A DNA stretch of 64,000 bases from a bacterium (GTDB lineage Bacteria > Verrucomicrobiota > Verrucomicrobiia > Verrucomicrobiales > V1-33): assembly GCA_031411255.1 (NCBI GenBank), contig JANOAS010000367.1, positions 10,683 to 74,682 of the forward strand, given 5' to 3'. The notes under the pieces were generated by a model. The model ran no database searches, was not told the DNA's origin, and saw nothing but the letters and a program-made list of their open reading frames with translations. The translations under genes were made by a program, and so were the position numbers. Below, in pieces: positions 1-9,878 of this stretch (the first letter of the stretch is position 1; each line of letters begins with the position of its first letter).

Positions 1-1556
1 ACCGGAAGGCGAGGTTCGTCATCATTTCCCTGCTGGTGAGCGTGGTGCCGGTGCTGCTGGTCGTGGGTGCGATGGCGGCCTTCGGGGTGAAGATGACGGT
101 GATCACGTCGAACCTGCCGCTGCTCCTCTTCGTCCTGGTGCTGCCCTACACGGTGTACGCCACGGAGCGCTACCTGGAGCGCCGGGCGACGACTCCGGAG
201 GAATCCCAGGCGACCAGCCTGGTAGAGGGGATGAGTTCGCTTTTTGTGCCGTGCCTGTTTTCCACGCTGACGACGATGGCGGGCTTCGGCGCCTTTGCGA
301 CGAGCGGGATCATTCCGGTGCGGATGTTTGGCCTGATGATGACCATCGGCTCCGCCGTGGGGCTGGTGGTGGTGTTCATCCTCTGGCCGGCGGCGATGCG
401 TCCGCTGCGGGCGCTGGAGACGGGGCCGGCGGGGCGGAACGGGGGAAAAATGGGGTTGGCGGGCAGGCTGGGCGAGCTGGCTCTCGGCTGGCCGCGGGCG
501 GTGGTGGCGGGCAGTGCGGTGCTGCTGGCACTGGCGGTGGCGGGGGCGCTGCGGATCACGGCGGAAAACAAGCTGACGGACTACTTTTGGCCAAAGAGCG
601 AGGTGACGCGGGGGCTGGAGTTCATCGATGCGAAACTGGGCGGGACAAGCCCGCTGGAGGTGATGCTGACCTCGGACCAGGACGGATTTTTCCGCACGGC
701 GGACGGGCTGGCGGCAGTGGCTGCGGCGGAGAAATATTTCACCACCGTGCCGGAAACCGGCAGCGTGCGCAGCCTGACGACGGTGGTGAAAGAGCTGAAA
801 AAGTCGTTCGGCGATGCCTTTGCCGGGCCGCAGCTGATCTCCCTGGTGGGTGGCGCCGCACCCGAGCTGGTGGCCGAAGTGGTGAGCACGGACGGGCGTG
901 AGGCGCGCATCCTCACGCGGATGAAGGAGACCGCTCCCACGCTGAACCGGAAAAAAATCGTGGAGGGACTGGAGACGCACCTGGCTGCGCAGCCGGAGCT
1001 GAAGGGCCTGCACATCGCCACGACGGGCCTGTTTGTGCTCTACAAAAACATGCTGCAAAGCCTGATCGAAAGCCAGAAGGAGACGCTCTGGTTTGTGGTG
1101 GGGACCATCTTTCTCATGCTGCTGGTGCTTTTCCGCTCCCTGCGGGTTGCTCTGCTCGTGCTGCTGCCGCAGACGCTGCCGGCTGCGGTCATGCTGGGGG
1201 TGATGGGCTGGGCCCGCATCCCGCTGGACCTGGTGACGGTGATGATCGCCGCCATCGCGCTCGGCGTGGGGGTGGACTCCGCCATCCAGTACACGATGCG
1301 CTTTCGCGAGGAATTCGCCATCGACGGCGACGTGGCCGCCGCCATCCGCCGGTCCCACGCCACCGTGGGCCGGGCCATCTGGATCGCGACCACCGTCATC
1401 GTGGCCGGTTTCGCCGTCCTGCTGGCCTCGGAATTTTTCCCGTCGGTCTGGTTCGGCCTCTTCACCGGCCTGGCGATGCTGATGAGCCAGTTCAGCGCCC
1501 TCATCACCCTGCCGGCGCTCTTTGTGGTGTGGGGGAAATTCGGAGCCCCCAAGTGA
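1..1556 (+). CDS. MMPL/RND-superfamily membrane transporter, 5' end outside window
   Basis: The frame is open from nt 3 (RKARFVIISLLVS...), so the listed GTG at 36 is internal. Two clusters of hydrophobic helices (LPLLLFVLVLPYTVYA, GLMMTIGSAVGLVVVFILWPAA; later LWFVVGTIFLMLLVLF, AAVMLGVMGWARIPLDLVTVMIAAIALGVGVD) flank a ~200-aa soluble loop. This is an MMPL/HpnN-like topology. Family recalled from topology, not searched. Confidence 0.75.
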   Translation, partial: RKARFVIISLLVSVVPVLLVVGAMAAFGVKMTVITSNLPLLLFVLVLPYTVYATERYLERRATTPEESQATSLVEGMSSLFVPCLFSTLTTMAGFGAFATSGIIPVRMFGLMMTIGSAVGLVVVFILWPAAMRPLRALETGPAGRNGGKMGLAGRLGELALGWPRAVVAGSAVLLALAVAGALRITAENKLTDYFWPKSEVTRGLEFIDAKLGGTSPLEVMLTSDQDGFFRTADGLAAVAAAEKYFTTVPETGSVRSLTTVVKELKKSFGDAFAGPQLISLVGGAAPELVAEVVSTDGREARILTRMKETAPTLNRKKIVEGLETHLAAQPELKGLHIATTGLFVLYKNMLQSLIESQKETLWFVVGTIFLMLLVLFRSLRVALLVLLPQTLPAAVMLGVMGWARIPLDLVTVMIAAIALGVGVDSAIQYTMRFREEFAIDGDVAAAIRRSHATVGRAIWIATTVIVAGFAVLLASEFFPSVWFGLFTGLAMLMSQFSALITLPALFVVWGKFGAPK

Positions 1557-1606
1557 GGGTGTGTGGGGGCTTGTCAACCGGCTGGAGCCACTCCAGAGTG
1601 GCGGCC

Positions 1607-2299
1607 ATGAAACGCCCCATGCTCGCAGCGGCTCTGGCTGCCCACTTCCTCCTGGCCTGCGGCCAGGCTGAACCCACTGCTGACAAAAAGCCAGCCGCCG
1701 GTGAAAAACCGGCTGCCGCCGCCCCCGCCGCGCCATTTCTGGCCGGATCCGACCTGAAGGGCTGGAAGGTGCTGGAGCAGATGAAGGACCACGGGGCGGT
1801 GACGATGAAGGACGGGGTGCTGAGCCTGGGGGCCGGCAAGCCGATGACCGCCGTGGTCTACGAAGGCGCTCGCGAGCTGCCGGTGAAGGACTATGAAATT
1901 TCCCTCGAAGCCCGCCGCGTGAAGGGCGAGGACGCTTTTGCCTTCATCACCCTGCCGGTGCGGGACAAGAAAACGTGCGTCACCCTGGTGATCGGCGGCT
2001 GGCACGGGAAGGCGGTCGGCATTTCCAACATCGAGGGCATGGACGCCTCGGAAAACGGCTCGTCGAGCTGGGTCGAGTTTGAAAACGACAAGTGGTACAA
2101 GATCCGGCTCCAGGTGCGGGAGAACGGATTTGTCTGCCACATCGATGGGAAGCAGGTCTTTGAGGTGGACACCGAGGGGAAGAAACTGGGGATGCGGTTT
2201 GGCGACATCGAATTTTGCCAGCCCTTTGGCCTGGCCACCTATGACACGACGGGCGAAATCAAAAATCTGGATATCCGCCCGCTGCCGCAAAAACCCTGA
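1607..2299 (+). CDS. DUF1080-type (3-keto-disaccharide-hydrolase-like beta-sandwich) lipoprotein
   Basis: ATG 1607 gives MKRPMLAAALAAHFLLAC-GQ, a lipobox. The body has a DUF1080-like pattern (LKGWKVLEQ..., MKDGVLSLG, WYKIRLQVRENGFVCHIDGKQVFE). The first 26 codons of the listed ORF overlap the previous gene. Confidence 0.75.
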   Translation: MKRPMLAAALAAHFLLACGQAEPTADKKPAAGEKPAAAAPAAPFLAGSDLKGWKVLEQMKDHGAVTMKDGVLSLGAGKPMTAVVYEGARELPVKDYEISLEARRVKGEDAFAFITLPVRDKKTCVTLVIGGWHGKAVGISNIEGMDASENGSSSWVEFENDKWYKIRLQVRENGFVCHIDGKQVFEVDTEGKKLGMRFGDIEFCQPFGLATYDTTGEIKNLDIRPLPQKP

Positions 2300-2354
2300 A
2301 ACATCACCCGAACCTTTCGCGTAAAACAAACCCAACCCCATCCTGAATTCGTGC

Positions 2355-3704
2355 ATGAAACGCCTGCTTTTTTCCCTCCTCCTCGCTGCTCCCTTCACCC
2401 CGTCGCAAGCCGGCAACTGGCCGCAGTGGCGCGGGCCGGATTTTGACGGATCCTCCGCCGAGGTGGATCTGCCCGTCGAGTTTTCCCAGACGAGCCACGT
2501 CGCCTGGAGTGCCCCCATGCCAGGACCTGCGGCCTCGACACCGGTGGTCTGGGGTGGGGATGTGTTCCTCAGCTCGACAAATGAGAAGGAGCAAAAGCTG
2601 CTCGCCCTTTGCCTGGATGCGAAGACCGGCGCGGTGAAGTGGCAGAAGGCGGTGGGCGATGGATTCAAGATCGACGACAAGAGTACGCTGGCCTCGCCCT
2701 CGCCTGTGACGGACGGCAAGCTGGTCTATTTCTACTACGGCACCGGGGACCTGGCGGCCTTTGATTTCACCGGAAAGGAAGTCTGGAAAAAAAACATCCA
2801 GAAGGAATACGGGACGTTCGCCACGCAGTGGACTTACTCGACCAGCCCGATGCTTTCAGAAGGCCGGCTGTACATTCAGGTGCTTCAGCGGAACCATTCT
2901 TTCAAGTTCGGATCATCCACGAAGGGGCGTGATGACGGCCCGAATGATTCCTATCTGCTGGCCATGGATCCGGCCACAGGGAAGGAACTGTGGAGGCAGG
3001 TGCGCCCGGCGCAGGCGGTGGAGGAGTCCCTGGAGGCCTTCACGACGCCGGTTCCCTTTAAACACGACAACCGCAAGGAAATCCTGGTGGCCGGAGGTGA
3101 CTGCCTGACCGGGCATGATCCGGCGACGGGCAAGGAACTGTGGCGCTGGGGCACGTGGAATCCGACGAAGATCGGCCACTGGCGGCTGGTGGTTTCTCCG
3201 GTCGGCGGCGGCGGAGTCGTGCTGGCGTGTGCACCGAAGCAGTCTCCTGTATACGCCGTGAAGGCCGGGGCTACCGGGACGCTGAAGGACGACCAGATCG
3301 CCTGGCGGACCAAACTGCCTGACGAGGAAACGGCCTCGCCCAAGGAAAAGGGCGTGAGTTCCGATGTGGCGACGCCTCTGTTTTACAACGGCCACTTTTA
3401 CATCCTGAACGGCGACAAGAAGACGCTGGCCTGTGTGAAGCCGGACGGCACGGTGCTGTGGAATGAGGAAATCGGCGGCAAGGCGAAGATCGAAGCCTCG
3501 CCGACGGCAGGGGACGGCAAAATCTACTTCATCGACCACGCGGGGGACGTTTTCATCGTGAAGGCGAACCCGCAAAAATTCGAACTGCTGGGCAAGGCGG
3601 AAATGGCCTCCCGCGGGACGAAGGACATCCGCTCCTGCGTGGCTCTGGCCAATGGCAATCTCTACATCCGCACGCACGAAAAACTCTTCTGCATCAAGAA
3701 GTAA
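2355..3704 (+). CDS. secreted PQQ-like (BamB-type) beta-propeller repeat protein
   Basis: Signal peptide MKRLLFSLLLAAPFTPSQA is followed by NWPQWRGPDFDGSS, a typical N-terminus for this family in PVC bacteria. Blades of the form DG.LY......L.A.D..TGKE.W recur. Confidence 0.8.
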   Translation: MKRLLFSLLLAAPFTPSQAGNWPQWRGPDFDGSSAEVDLPVEFSQTSHVAWSAPMPGPAASTPVVWGGDVFLSSTNEKEQKLLALCLDAKTGAVKWQKAVGDGFKIDDKSTLASPSPVTDGKLVYFYYGTGDLAAFDFTGKEVWKKNIQKEYGTFATQWTYSTSPMLSEGRLYIQVLQRNHSFKFGSSTKGRDDGPNDSYLLAMDPATGKELWRQVRPAQAVEESLEAFTTPVPFKHDNRKEILVAGGDCLTGHDPATGKELWRWGTWNPTKIGHWRLVVSPVGGGGVVLACAPKQSPVYAVKAGATGTLKDDQIAWRTKLPDEETASPKEKGVSSDVATPLFYNGHFYILNGDKKTLACVKPDGTVLWNEEIGGKAKIEASPTAGDGKIYFIDHAGDVFIVKANPQKFELLGKAEMASRGTKDIRSCVALANGNLYIRTHEKLFCIKK

Positions 3705-3721
3705 ACTGATCATTCTCTTCC

Positions 3722-4843
3722 ATGAAACCGCTCGCCTTTTTCCTCCTCGCCTCCGCCCCGCTCACCCTGCTGCCGCTCCATGCGGCGGCCCCCGCTGAGG
3801 CAGCCACGCCTGCGGCGGAGGAGAAGGCGGACGCGAAAAAGGAGGGAGTGAAAACGGGCGCTGTGCCCACTCCCGAGGACCTGGCGGCGAAGCTGGACGA
3901 GATCGACGAACTGGAAGTGCCGGACGCGGACGCTTGGACGAAGGCGGTGAAGAAAAAGCTGGCCGAATTTGAAACCGGCCTGGCCGCGGCAGAGGCGGCG
4001 GCTGGCGACGGACCCGTGAAGCACGCGCTGAAGCTGCTGTCCGTGCAGGCTGATCTGATGCGGGAGGCCACCGGGGGCAAGGCCACCGCCGGGGATCCGG
4101 AGACCGTCCTGTCGGGCATTGTGGCGGCGAAGGAGGCTGACGCCGGTGTGCGCCGCCATGCCAGCCGGATGCTGGTGGAAATGGGGTCCCAGGGTGTGGA
4201 CGACGCGGCGAAACTGGCCGTCTGGCAGAAACGGCTGGCGGACCACCTGGCGGCTTTTCCAGACGATCCCGAGGGGCCTGATGTGCAAAGCCTGGAGATC
4301 GACCTCGTCGAGGCTCATGCCCCCGACCAGTTGAAGGGCGTGGTGGAGAGGCTGGCCGCTTCAAAAAATGAACAGCTGGCGGAGTTCGCGAAATCTAAGC
4401 TGGCCGAGATCAAGGTGATGGACGAGCTGAAGGCGAAGCCGCTCGAGTTGAAGTTCACCGCTGTGGACGGCCGGGAGGTGGATGTGGAAAAGCTCCGGGG
4501 CAAGGTGGTGCTCATTGATTTCTGGGCCACGTGGTGCGGTCCCTGCATGCAGGAGGTGCCCAACGTGGTGAAGACGTTCGAGAAGCTGCACGAGAAGGGA
4601 TTTGAGATCATCGGCGTCTCCCTGGACGAGGACAAGGCCGCGCTGGAAAAGACGGTGAAGAAAATGAAGATGACGTGGCCGCAATCGTTCGAGGGGAAGG
4701 GCTGGGAAGGGGCGACGGCGAAGCGCTTCGGCATCACCGGCATTCCGACGATGTGGCTGCTGGACAAGCAGGGGAAGGTCTCTGATTTCGACGCGCGGGA
4801 GGGCCTGGAGGAGAAGGTGACCAAACTGCTCGGCGCGGAGTAA
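3722..4843 (+). CDS. TlpA/ResA-like thiol:disulfide oxidoreductase with long N-terminal A/E/K-rich region
   Basis: Signal peptide present. The C-terminal ~150 aa has a thioredoxin fold with FWATWCGPCMQEVP (CxxC), GFEIIGVSLDED and GIPTMWLLD. Confidence 0.85.
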   Translation: MKPLAFFLLASAPLTLLPLHAAAPAEAATPAAEEKADAKKEGVKTGAVPTPEDLAAKLDEIDELEVPDADAWTKAVKKKLAEFETGLAAAEAAAGDGPVKHALKLLSVQADLMREATGGKATAGDPETVLSGIVAAKEADAGVRRHASRMLVEMGSQGVDDAAKLAVWQKRLADHLAAFPDDPEGPDVQSLEIDLVEAHAPDQLKGVVERLAASKNEQLAEFAKSKLAEIKVMDELKAKPLELKFTAVDGREVDVEKLRGKVVLIDFWATWCGPCMQEVPNVVKTFEKLHEKGFEIIGVSLDEDKAALEKTVKKMKMTWPQSFEGKGWEGATAKRFGITGIPTMWLLDKQGKVSDFDAREGLEEKVTKLLGAE

Positions 4844-4938
4844 GCGGCCAGGGATTCCGGCATGGTGTTCGGGCATTCCGGCAGGGATGACGGGATTGCG
4901 ATTCTGACGGCCGTGGTCCAGGCTGCGGTCACCCACTC

Positions 4939-7776
4939 ATGATCTCCCATTTCCCTGCCATCCTTCGATCTCCAGCCCTGCGGGTGCTGGCTTTGTTTTT
5001 CCTGACCAGCTCGGCGCACTGGGCGGCTGCGGCGGAGGCTCAGATTTTCGAAGGAGAGGCGCTGAAAATATCAGCGCACGCTGGCAGCGCGCGTCCGCAG
5101 GATCTGAGGCCGTATGGCCAGGGGGCGTGGAGCGGGAATGCCCACCTCTGGTGGACGGACGCGAAGCCTGGCGACGTGCTGGAGCTGGCGCTGCCGGTGG
5201 CTGCGGACGGGGTCTGGCAAATCGGCGCGGGCTTCACCAAGGCCATCGACTACGGCATCTTCGACTTCACCCTGGACGGACAGAAGCTCGCGGGGCCGCT
5301 GGATTTCTACAACAACGGCGTGGTCCACACGGGCACGGTGGCGCTGGGTGGTGCGGTGAAGCTGACTGCCGGCGGGCACCGGCTGGAGGTGTGCGTGGCG
5401 GGGGCGAATGCGGCGGCGCTCAAGGGATACATGCTGGGGCTGGACTACGTCGTGCTGGTGCCGGAGGGCTCACCACTGGTCGGGCCAAAACTGCTCCCGT
5501 CGAAGCCGCCAAAGCCTGCCGCTGCTGCGGCAAAGGACGGGCTGAAAACGGGCAATGCCGAGGCGGCGGTGGCGAAGACGGCTGCGGAGCAGTTGAAGAC
5601 CTTCACTGTTCCCGAGGGCTTCACCATCGAGCTGGTGGCAAGCGAGGAAACCGGGCTGCCGAAACCGGCGATGGTCTCCTTTGACGATGCGGGCCGCCTG
5701 TGGTCCGTGACGGCCACCGAGTACCCGCGTGACAAGGAGCCCGGCATCTGGCAGCAGCAGGGGAGGGACCGCGTGGTGGTCATCGACGCGCCGCTCGGGC
5801 CCGGTCCGCACAAGGCGCGCACCTTTTCGGAGGGGATGGTCATGCCGCTGTCCGTGCTCCCGTTTGGAAAAGGGGCGTTCGTGGCCCAGGGGCCGGAGAT
5901 TCTTTTCCTGGAGGACAAGGACGGGGATGGAAAAGCTGACGAGCGCCGCGTGCTGGTGAAGGGATTTGGCGTGCAGGACACGCACACCCTGCCGCACCAG
6001 CTCACGCAGATGCCCGGCGGGCGCATCGTCTACTCCCAAGGCGTGCTGAACAGCGGAAAGATCACAGACGCCTCCGGCCGGGCCTTTGATTTCAACAAGA
6101 CGCTCGTCGCCTCCATGAAGCGGGACGGCACGGACACCCGCATCATCGGCGCGGGGCTGAACAACATCTGGGCCTGGGCGCACAGCCGCACCGGGCGCGT
6201 CTTTTTCCACGAAGCGAATGACTTCGGCTACAGCGTCATCCCCTTTGAGGAGGACACGTCGTATCCCAGCTTCATCGCGACGAAACTCCACCCCGGCTCC
6301 CCGCTCCACCCGCCCACGGCGGAGGGGCTGAACCTCGGCGGCACAGGCTTCTCGGGCATGGCCATCTGCGACGACCGGGCTGGATCCTACCCGGCGCCCT
6401 GGCAGGGGCTCATCTACGTGGCGAACCCCATCCTGGGAAAAATTCACGCCGTGAAGGCCGCACCCGGTGCGGAAGGCACGTGGGCTTTTTCAAAAGCGGG
6501 CGACCTCGTCTCGTGCGCGGATCCCATGTTTCGCCCGGTGGCCCTCACCTTTGGCCCGGATGGCTGCCTTTACATCACGGACTGGTACAACCGCATCATC
6601 TCCCACAACGAGGTGGCCCGCGACCACCCCGCCCGGGACAAGGAGCGCGGCCGGCTCTGGCGCGTGCGGCACACGGCCCAGCCTGGCCCGCATCCGCTCG
6701 ACATGACGAAGGCCGCCACCAGCGAGCTGCCCGCGCACCTGGCTGCGGACAGCACCTGGGAGGCGCGAGCTGCGTGGCACCAGATCGGCCAGCGCCAGGA
6801 CCGCGCCGTTGTGCCTGCGCTCACGGCGCTGCTCACGGGGAAATCTGCGGACCTCAGCACGCAGATCCACGCCCTCTGGGCGCTGGAGGACCTCGGTCAT
6901 TTCGACGCCGCCCTGTGGGCTGCGCTGCTGGCCAACCCGTCGGCTGACATGCGCCGCGAGGCCGTGCGGGCGCTTTCGTCGCTGCGCGTGCCTGAGGATG
7001 CCGCCTTTGCTTTGCTCCAGCCGCTGGCGGAGGAAAGGGAGTGGACCGTGCGCTACGAGGTGCTGCGCTTTTTCCGCCGCGCGGCGGGGCCGGTGAATCC
7101 AGCCCACACCGCGTGGCTGCGCCGCTGGTCCGCCAGCCCGGCTCCGCAGACCAAGGTGGACGGCTGGGGCGGTCCCTTCCTCGCGCTGGATGGTTCCTAC
7201 CAGCGGGCGTTTCAAGATTTCCTGATCGCGCGGGCGGAGACGAAATCCAGCGCCTCCCTTCTTGCCGAATCCCCGTGGGACAAGCCGCTCGCCACCGAGC
7301 CCGCGCCCACTGCGGAGAAGGCCGCGCAATCCACCGCCCGCCTCGCAGCTGTGAAGGCCGCCCTGGCCACTGCCCGGCCCGATGACGGAAAACCGCTGGT
7401 CGAGTCCATCTGCCTGACGTGCCACTCCATCGCCGGAAAAGGCGTCGGCTTTGCCCCGCCGCTCGATGGCTCCGCCAGCCGCGACCTGGACGGTCTGCTC
7501 ACCGCCATCGTCGCGCCCAACGCCGCCATGGAGGAGGTCTTCCGCCTCTACCGGGTGGAAAAGAAGGACGGCACTCTCGTCGAGGGTTTCAAGCGGAACG
7601 AGGATGCAAAAGAGCTGACCCTCCTCCTCATGGGCGGCGGAGCGGTGAAAGTCCCCATCCCCGAAATCGCCAAAGCAGGCTACATCCAGGGCCGATCCGT
7701 CATGCCCGACCTGACCGCCGCCATGACTGCCGAGCAGGTGGCGTCCATCGCCGCCTGGCTGCGGCTGGTTAAGTGA
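4939..7776 (+). CDS. PVC-type membrane-bound-dehydrogenase-domain / HEAT-repeat / c-type cytochrome protein
   Basis: GPDGCLYITDWYNRIISHNEV is a propeller signature. HEAT-like repeats are present (ALWALEDLGHFD, MRREAVRALSSL). The C-terminal heme site is CLTCHS (CxxCH). The architecture matches the Pirellula/Verrucomicrobium-type heme-binding proteins as I recall them. Confidence 0.8.
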   Translation: MISHFPAILRSPALRVLALFFLTSSAHWAAAAEAQIFEGEALKISAHAGSARPQDLRPYGQGAWSGNAHLWWTDAKPGDVLELALPVAADGVWQIGAGFTKAIDYGIFDFTLDGQKLAGPLDFYNNGVVHTGTVALGGAVKLTAGGHRLEVCVAGANAAALKGYMLGLDYVVLVPEGSPLVGPKLLPSKPPKPAAAAAKDGLKTGNAEAAVAKTAAEQLKTFTVPEGFTIELVASEETGLPKPAMVSFDDAGRLWSVTATEYPRDKEPGIWQQQGRDRVVVIDAPLGPGPHKARTFSEGMVMPLSVLPFGKGAFVAQGPEILFLEDKDGDGKADERRVLVKGFGVQDTHTLPHQLTQMPGGRIVYSQGVLNSGKITDASGRAFDFNKTLVASMKRDGTDTRIIGAGLNNIWAWAHSRTGRVFFHEANDFGYSVIPFEEDTSYPSFIATKLHPGSPLHPPTAEGLNLGGTGFSGMAICDDRAGSYPAPWQGLIYVANPILGKIHAVKAAPGAEGTWAFSKAGDLVSCADPMFRPVALTFGPDGCLYITDWYNRIISHNEVARDHPARDKERGRLWRVRHTAQPGPHPLDMTKAATSELPAHLAADSTWEARAAWHQIGQRQDRAVVPALTALLTGKSADLSTQIHALWALEDLGHFDAALWAALLANPSADMRREAVRALSSLRVPEDAAFALLQPLAEEREWTVRYEVLRFFRRAAGPVNPAHTAWLRRWSASPAPQTKVDGWGGPFLALDGSYQRAFQDFLIARAETKSSASLLAESPWDKPLATEPAPTAEKAAQSTARLAAVKAALATARPDDGKPLVESICLTCHSIAGKGVGFAPPLDGSASRDLDGLLTAIVAPNAAMEEVFRLYRVEKKDGTLVEGFKRNEDAKELTLLLMGGGAVKVPIPEIAKAGYIQGRSVMPDLTAAMTAEQVASIAAWLRLVK

Positions 7777-7784
7777 CGGGGCGG

Positions 7785-9878
7785 CTAGGGTGTCGCCTCC
7801 ACCGCGCCCATGTCGGGGATGCCGCTGACGGGCTGTCCCCGCTGGTCTATCGTGGCCATGGATCCGGTGGCGGCATTGACCGCCGGGCTGCCAGGCAGGG
7901 GCGGCAGGGTGGTGGTTGGACCGCCGTAGTTGCCCGGGGGGGAGAGCTTCGCGTCCAGCGGAGTGGCGGCGGAGCCTGCCAGGTTGCCGTCCACCGCATC
8001 CATGATGGTGGTTCCATCCGCCACGCCGATCAGGCTGCGCACAGCCGTCACCTTCCCCGCCTGCTGCCAGATGTCCGGGCCGTTCGCACTGGTGGTCGTG
8101 TTTTGGGCGACGACGCAGGCGTCGAGCGCCAGCGTGCCACCGGCTTCCAGGAACGAGAAGGCGCCGCCCCCGCTGGACCCGGCTGCGGTCCCGCTGGCCT
8201 TGTTTGCGGAGAAGGTGCAGTGGGTGGCCTTCACCGAGGCGTAGATGGCGGCAGCTCCGCCAGTCCGGCGTGCCTCGTTTCCGTAAAAGGTGCACCGCGT
8301 AAACTCCGCAGTGCCGCCTCCGATGATGACGGCGCCTCCGTGGTTGCCGATGTTTCCGGAAAAGGTGGTGTCCGTGGCGGTGAAGGTGCCCAGGCTGTTG
8401 ATCGCGCCTCCATTGGCCTTTGCCGAGTTGTTGGACACGGTGCACCGCACCAGACGCAGCGTGCCGTTGTTGCCTAGGGCGCCTCCGTTCACGGTCGCGT
8501 GGTTTTCGGCGATGAGGCAGTCGGTCAGGGTGAGGTCGGCGGAGTTCAGGATGATGCCTCCGTAGGAGTTTGTTCCGCCATTGAGCGTCAGGCCTTTCAG
8601 GCTCAGTGTGTATCCCGGCTGAAAATGGAGGCAGCAAGACTCCGTCCGGATGGTGAGGCCGCCGGGAAGTGGCGAGGCGTCCAGGGTGATGTGCGGGGCT
8701 TCCGCACCGGCTGCCGGCGCTGGTCGTTCAGGCAGCACGATCGAAGCCCCTCGCAAAGTAAGCGTCTGGCCGCTGAGAGCCGGCGAAAAGGTGATGGCTT
8801 GGGAGCCGGGAAGTGTGCTCACAGCGAGCAGCACCTGACGCAACGAGCCGGGGCCGTCATTCGCCGTGGTGGACACCAGAGTGGACGGAGGTCCGGAGGC
8901 GGCAGGTGCGGGGGCGGCTGCGGCTTCATCCCGCGGCCACCAGTGCCACGCGGCCGGCAGGACGGCAGAGCACGCCGCCGCTGTGAGGAGTGCCGTGCGG
9001 ACCCTCGTGCGACCAGGGGTGCGGGCTCGAGAGAGGGCGCGGCTCATTTCCGCAGTGCTCTGGTAGCGGGCGCCGGGGTCGGCCTGCATGGCTTTCCGAA
9101 TGACGGCATCGAACCGTGCATCCGTGCCGGCCGCTTCGCCCGGCAGAGCCCAGCGTCCGCGGGGCAGCTCACCCGTGAGCATCTGGTAAAGCACCACGCC
9201 CAGGGCGTAGACGTCTGCGCGGGCGTCCACGCTGGCACCGGGCTGGAGGACTTCCGGTGCTACAAATTCCGCCGTGCCGAGCGAGACATTTGACTGCGTG
9301 AGCCCGCGCGCGCTGGCGTCGTATTGTTTTGCCAGACCGAAGTCCGCCACCTTGGCGGCACCCGCGCTGGTGAGCAGAATGTTTGCGGGCTTGATGTCGC
9401 GGTGGACGATGCCCGCCCCGTGTGCGCAGGCGAGCGCGTCGCACACCTCGTTCAGGATCGCCGCCGCCCGGTCAGGCGGGAGCCGCCCGCCTTCGCGCAG
9501 GAGCCGCGCGAGGTCCGTGCCGTCGATGTATTCCATCACCATGTAGAGCAGCCCGCCATCCGTCCGGCCAAAACCAAAAACGCTGACGATGCCTGGATGG
9601 CTCAGTCCGGCCATGAGGCGGGCCTCTCTTTCAAAGCGCTCGACGCAGCCCGCGTCCTCGCGTTCCATGAGGGCGGCAGGCAGCACCTTCACAGCCACGG
9701 TGCGGCCCAGCGAGGTCTGCACGGCCTTGAAGACGGCGCCCATCCCGCCCCTTCCGGCGAGTTCCGTGAAAACGAAACCAGGCAGCGAGGCGTTCAGTTC
9801 GTCCAGCTCTGGCGCTTGCCAGGTTGCAGCGGTGGGGGGCATCTCGCGCAGCAAATGGCAGGGATTGGGGGAAGTCAA
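7785..9878 (-). CDS. transmembrane Ser/Thr protein kinase with Pmp-like beta-helix ectodomain (paralog 2)
   Basis: Kinase motifs: GRGGMGAVFKA, VAVKVL, HRDIKPANILL, DFGLA, APE. One TM helix (LLTAAACSAVLPAAWHWW). The ectodomain has GPGSLRQVL..ITF, then alternating GGA[IVA] and F[SY]xN tetrapeptides (NGGAINSLG, FSGN, HGGAVIIG, FYGN, TGGAAAIY, FSAN), ending IDQRGQP..DMGAVE. The listed start is a TTG overlapping the upstream stop (TTGA at 9875-9878). ATG at 9842 is an alternative start. Confidence 0.85.
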   Translation of the reverse strand: MTSPNPCHLLREMPPTAATWQAPELDELNASLPGFVFTELAGRGGMGAVFKAVQTSLGRTVAVKVLPAALMEREDAGCVERFEREARLMAGLSHPGIVSVFGFGRTDGGLLYMVMEYIDGTDLARLLREGGRLPPDRAAAILNEVCDALACAHGAGIVHRDIKPANILLTSAGAAKVADFGLAKQYDASARGLTQSNVSLGTAEFVAPEVLQPGASVDARADVYALGVVLYQMLTGELPRGRWALPGEAAGTDARFDAVIRKAMQADPGARYQSTAEMSRALSRARTPGRTRVRTALLTAAACSAVLPAAWHWWPRDEAAAAPAPAASGPPSTLVSTTANDGPGSLRQVLLAVSTLPGSQAITFSPALSGQTLTLRGASIVLPERPAPAAGAEAPHITLDASPLPGGLTIRTESCCLHFQPGYTLSLKGLTLNGGTNSYGGIILNSADLTLTDCLIAENHATVNGGALGNNGTLRLVRCTVSNNSAKANGGAINSLGTFTATDTTFSGNIGNHGGAVIIGGGTAEFTRCTFYGNEARRTGGAAAIYASVKATHCTFSANKASGTAAGSSGGGAFSFLEAGGTLALDACVVAQNTTTSANGPDIWQQAGKVTAVRSLIGVADGTTIMDAVDGNLAGSAATPLDAKLSPPGNYGGPTTTLPPLPGSPAVNAATGSMATIDQRGQPVSGIPDMGAVEATP

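Noticed and set aside
6490-8637. 715-aa ORF on the minus strand spanning the end of the dehydrogenase gene and part of kinase 2
   Set aside because: It is extremely Arg/Gly/His/Pro-rich and low-complexity with no motifs. It is antisense to the CxxCH protein and out of frame with the kinase, both of which have clear family signatures. This is a typical GC-driven shadow ORF.
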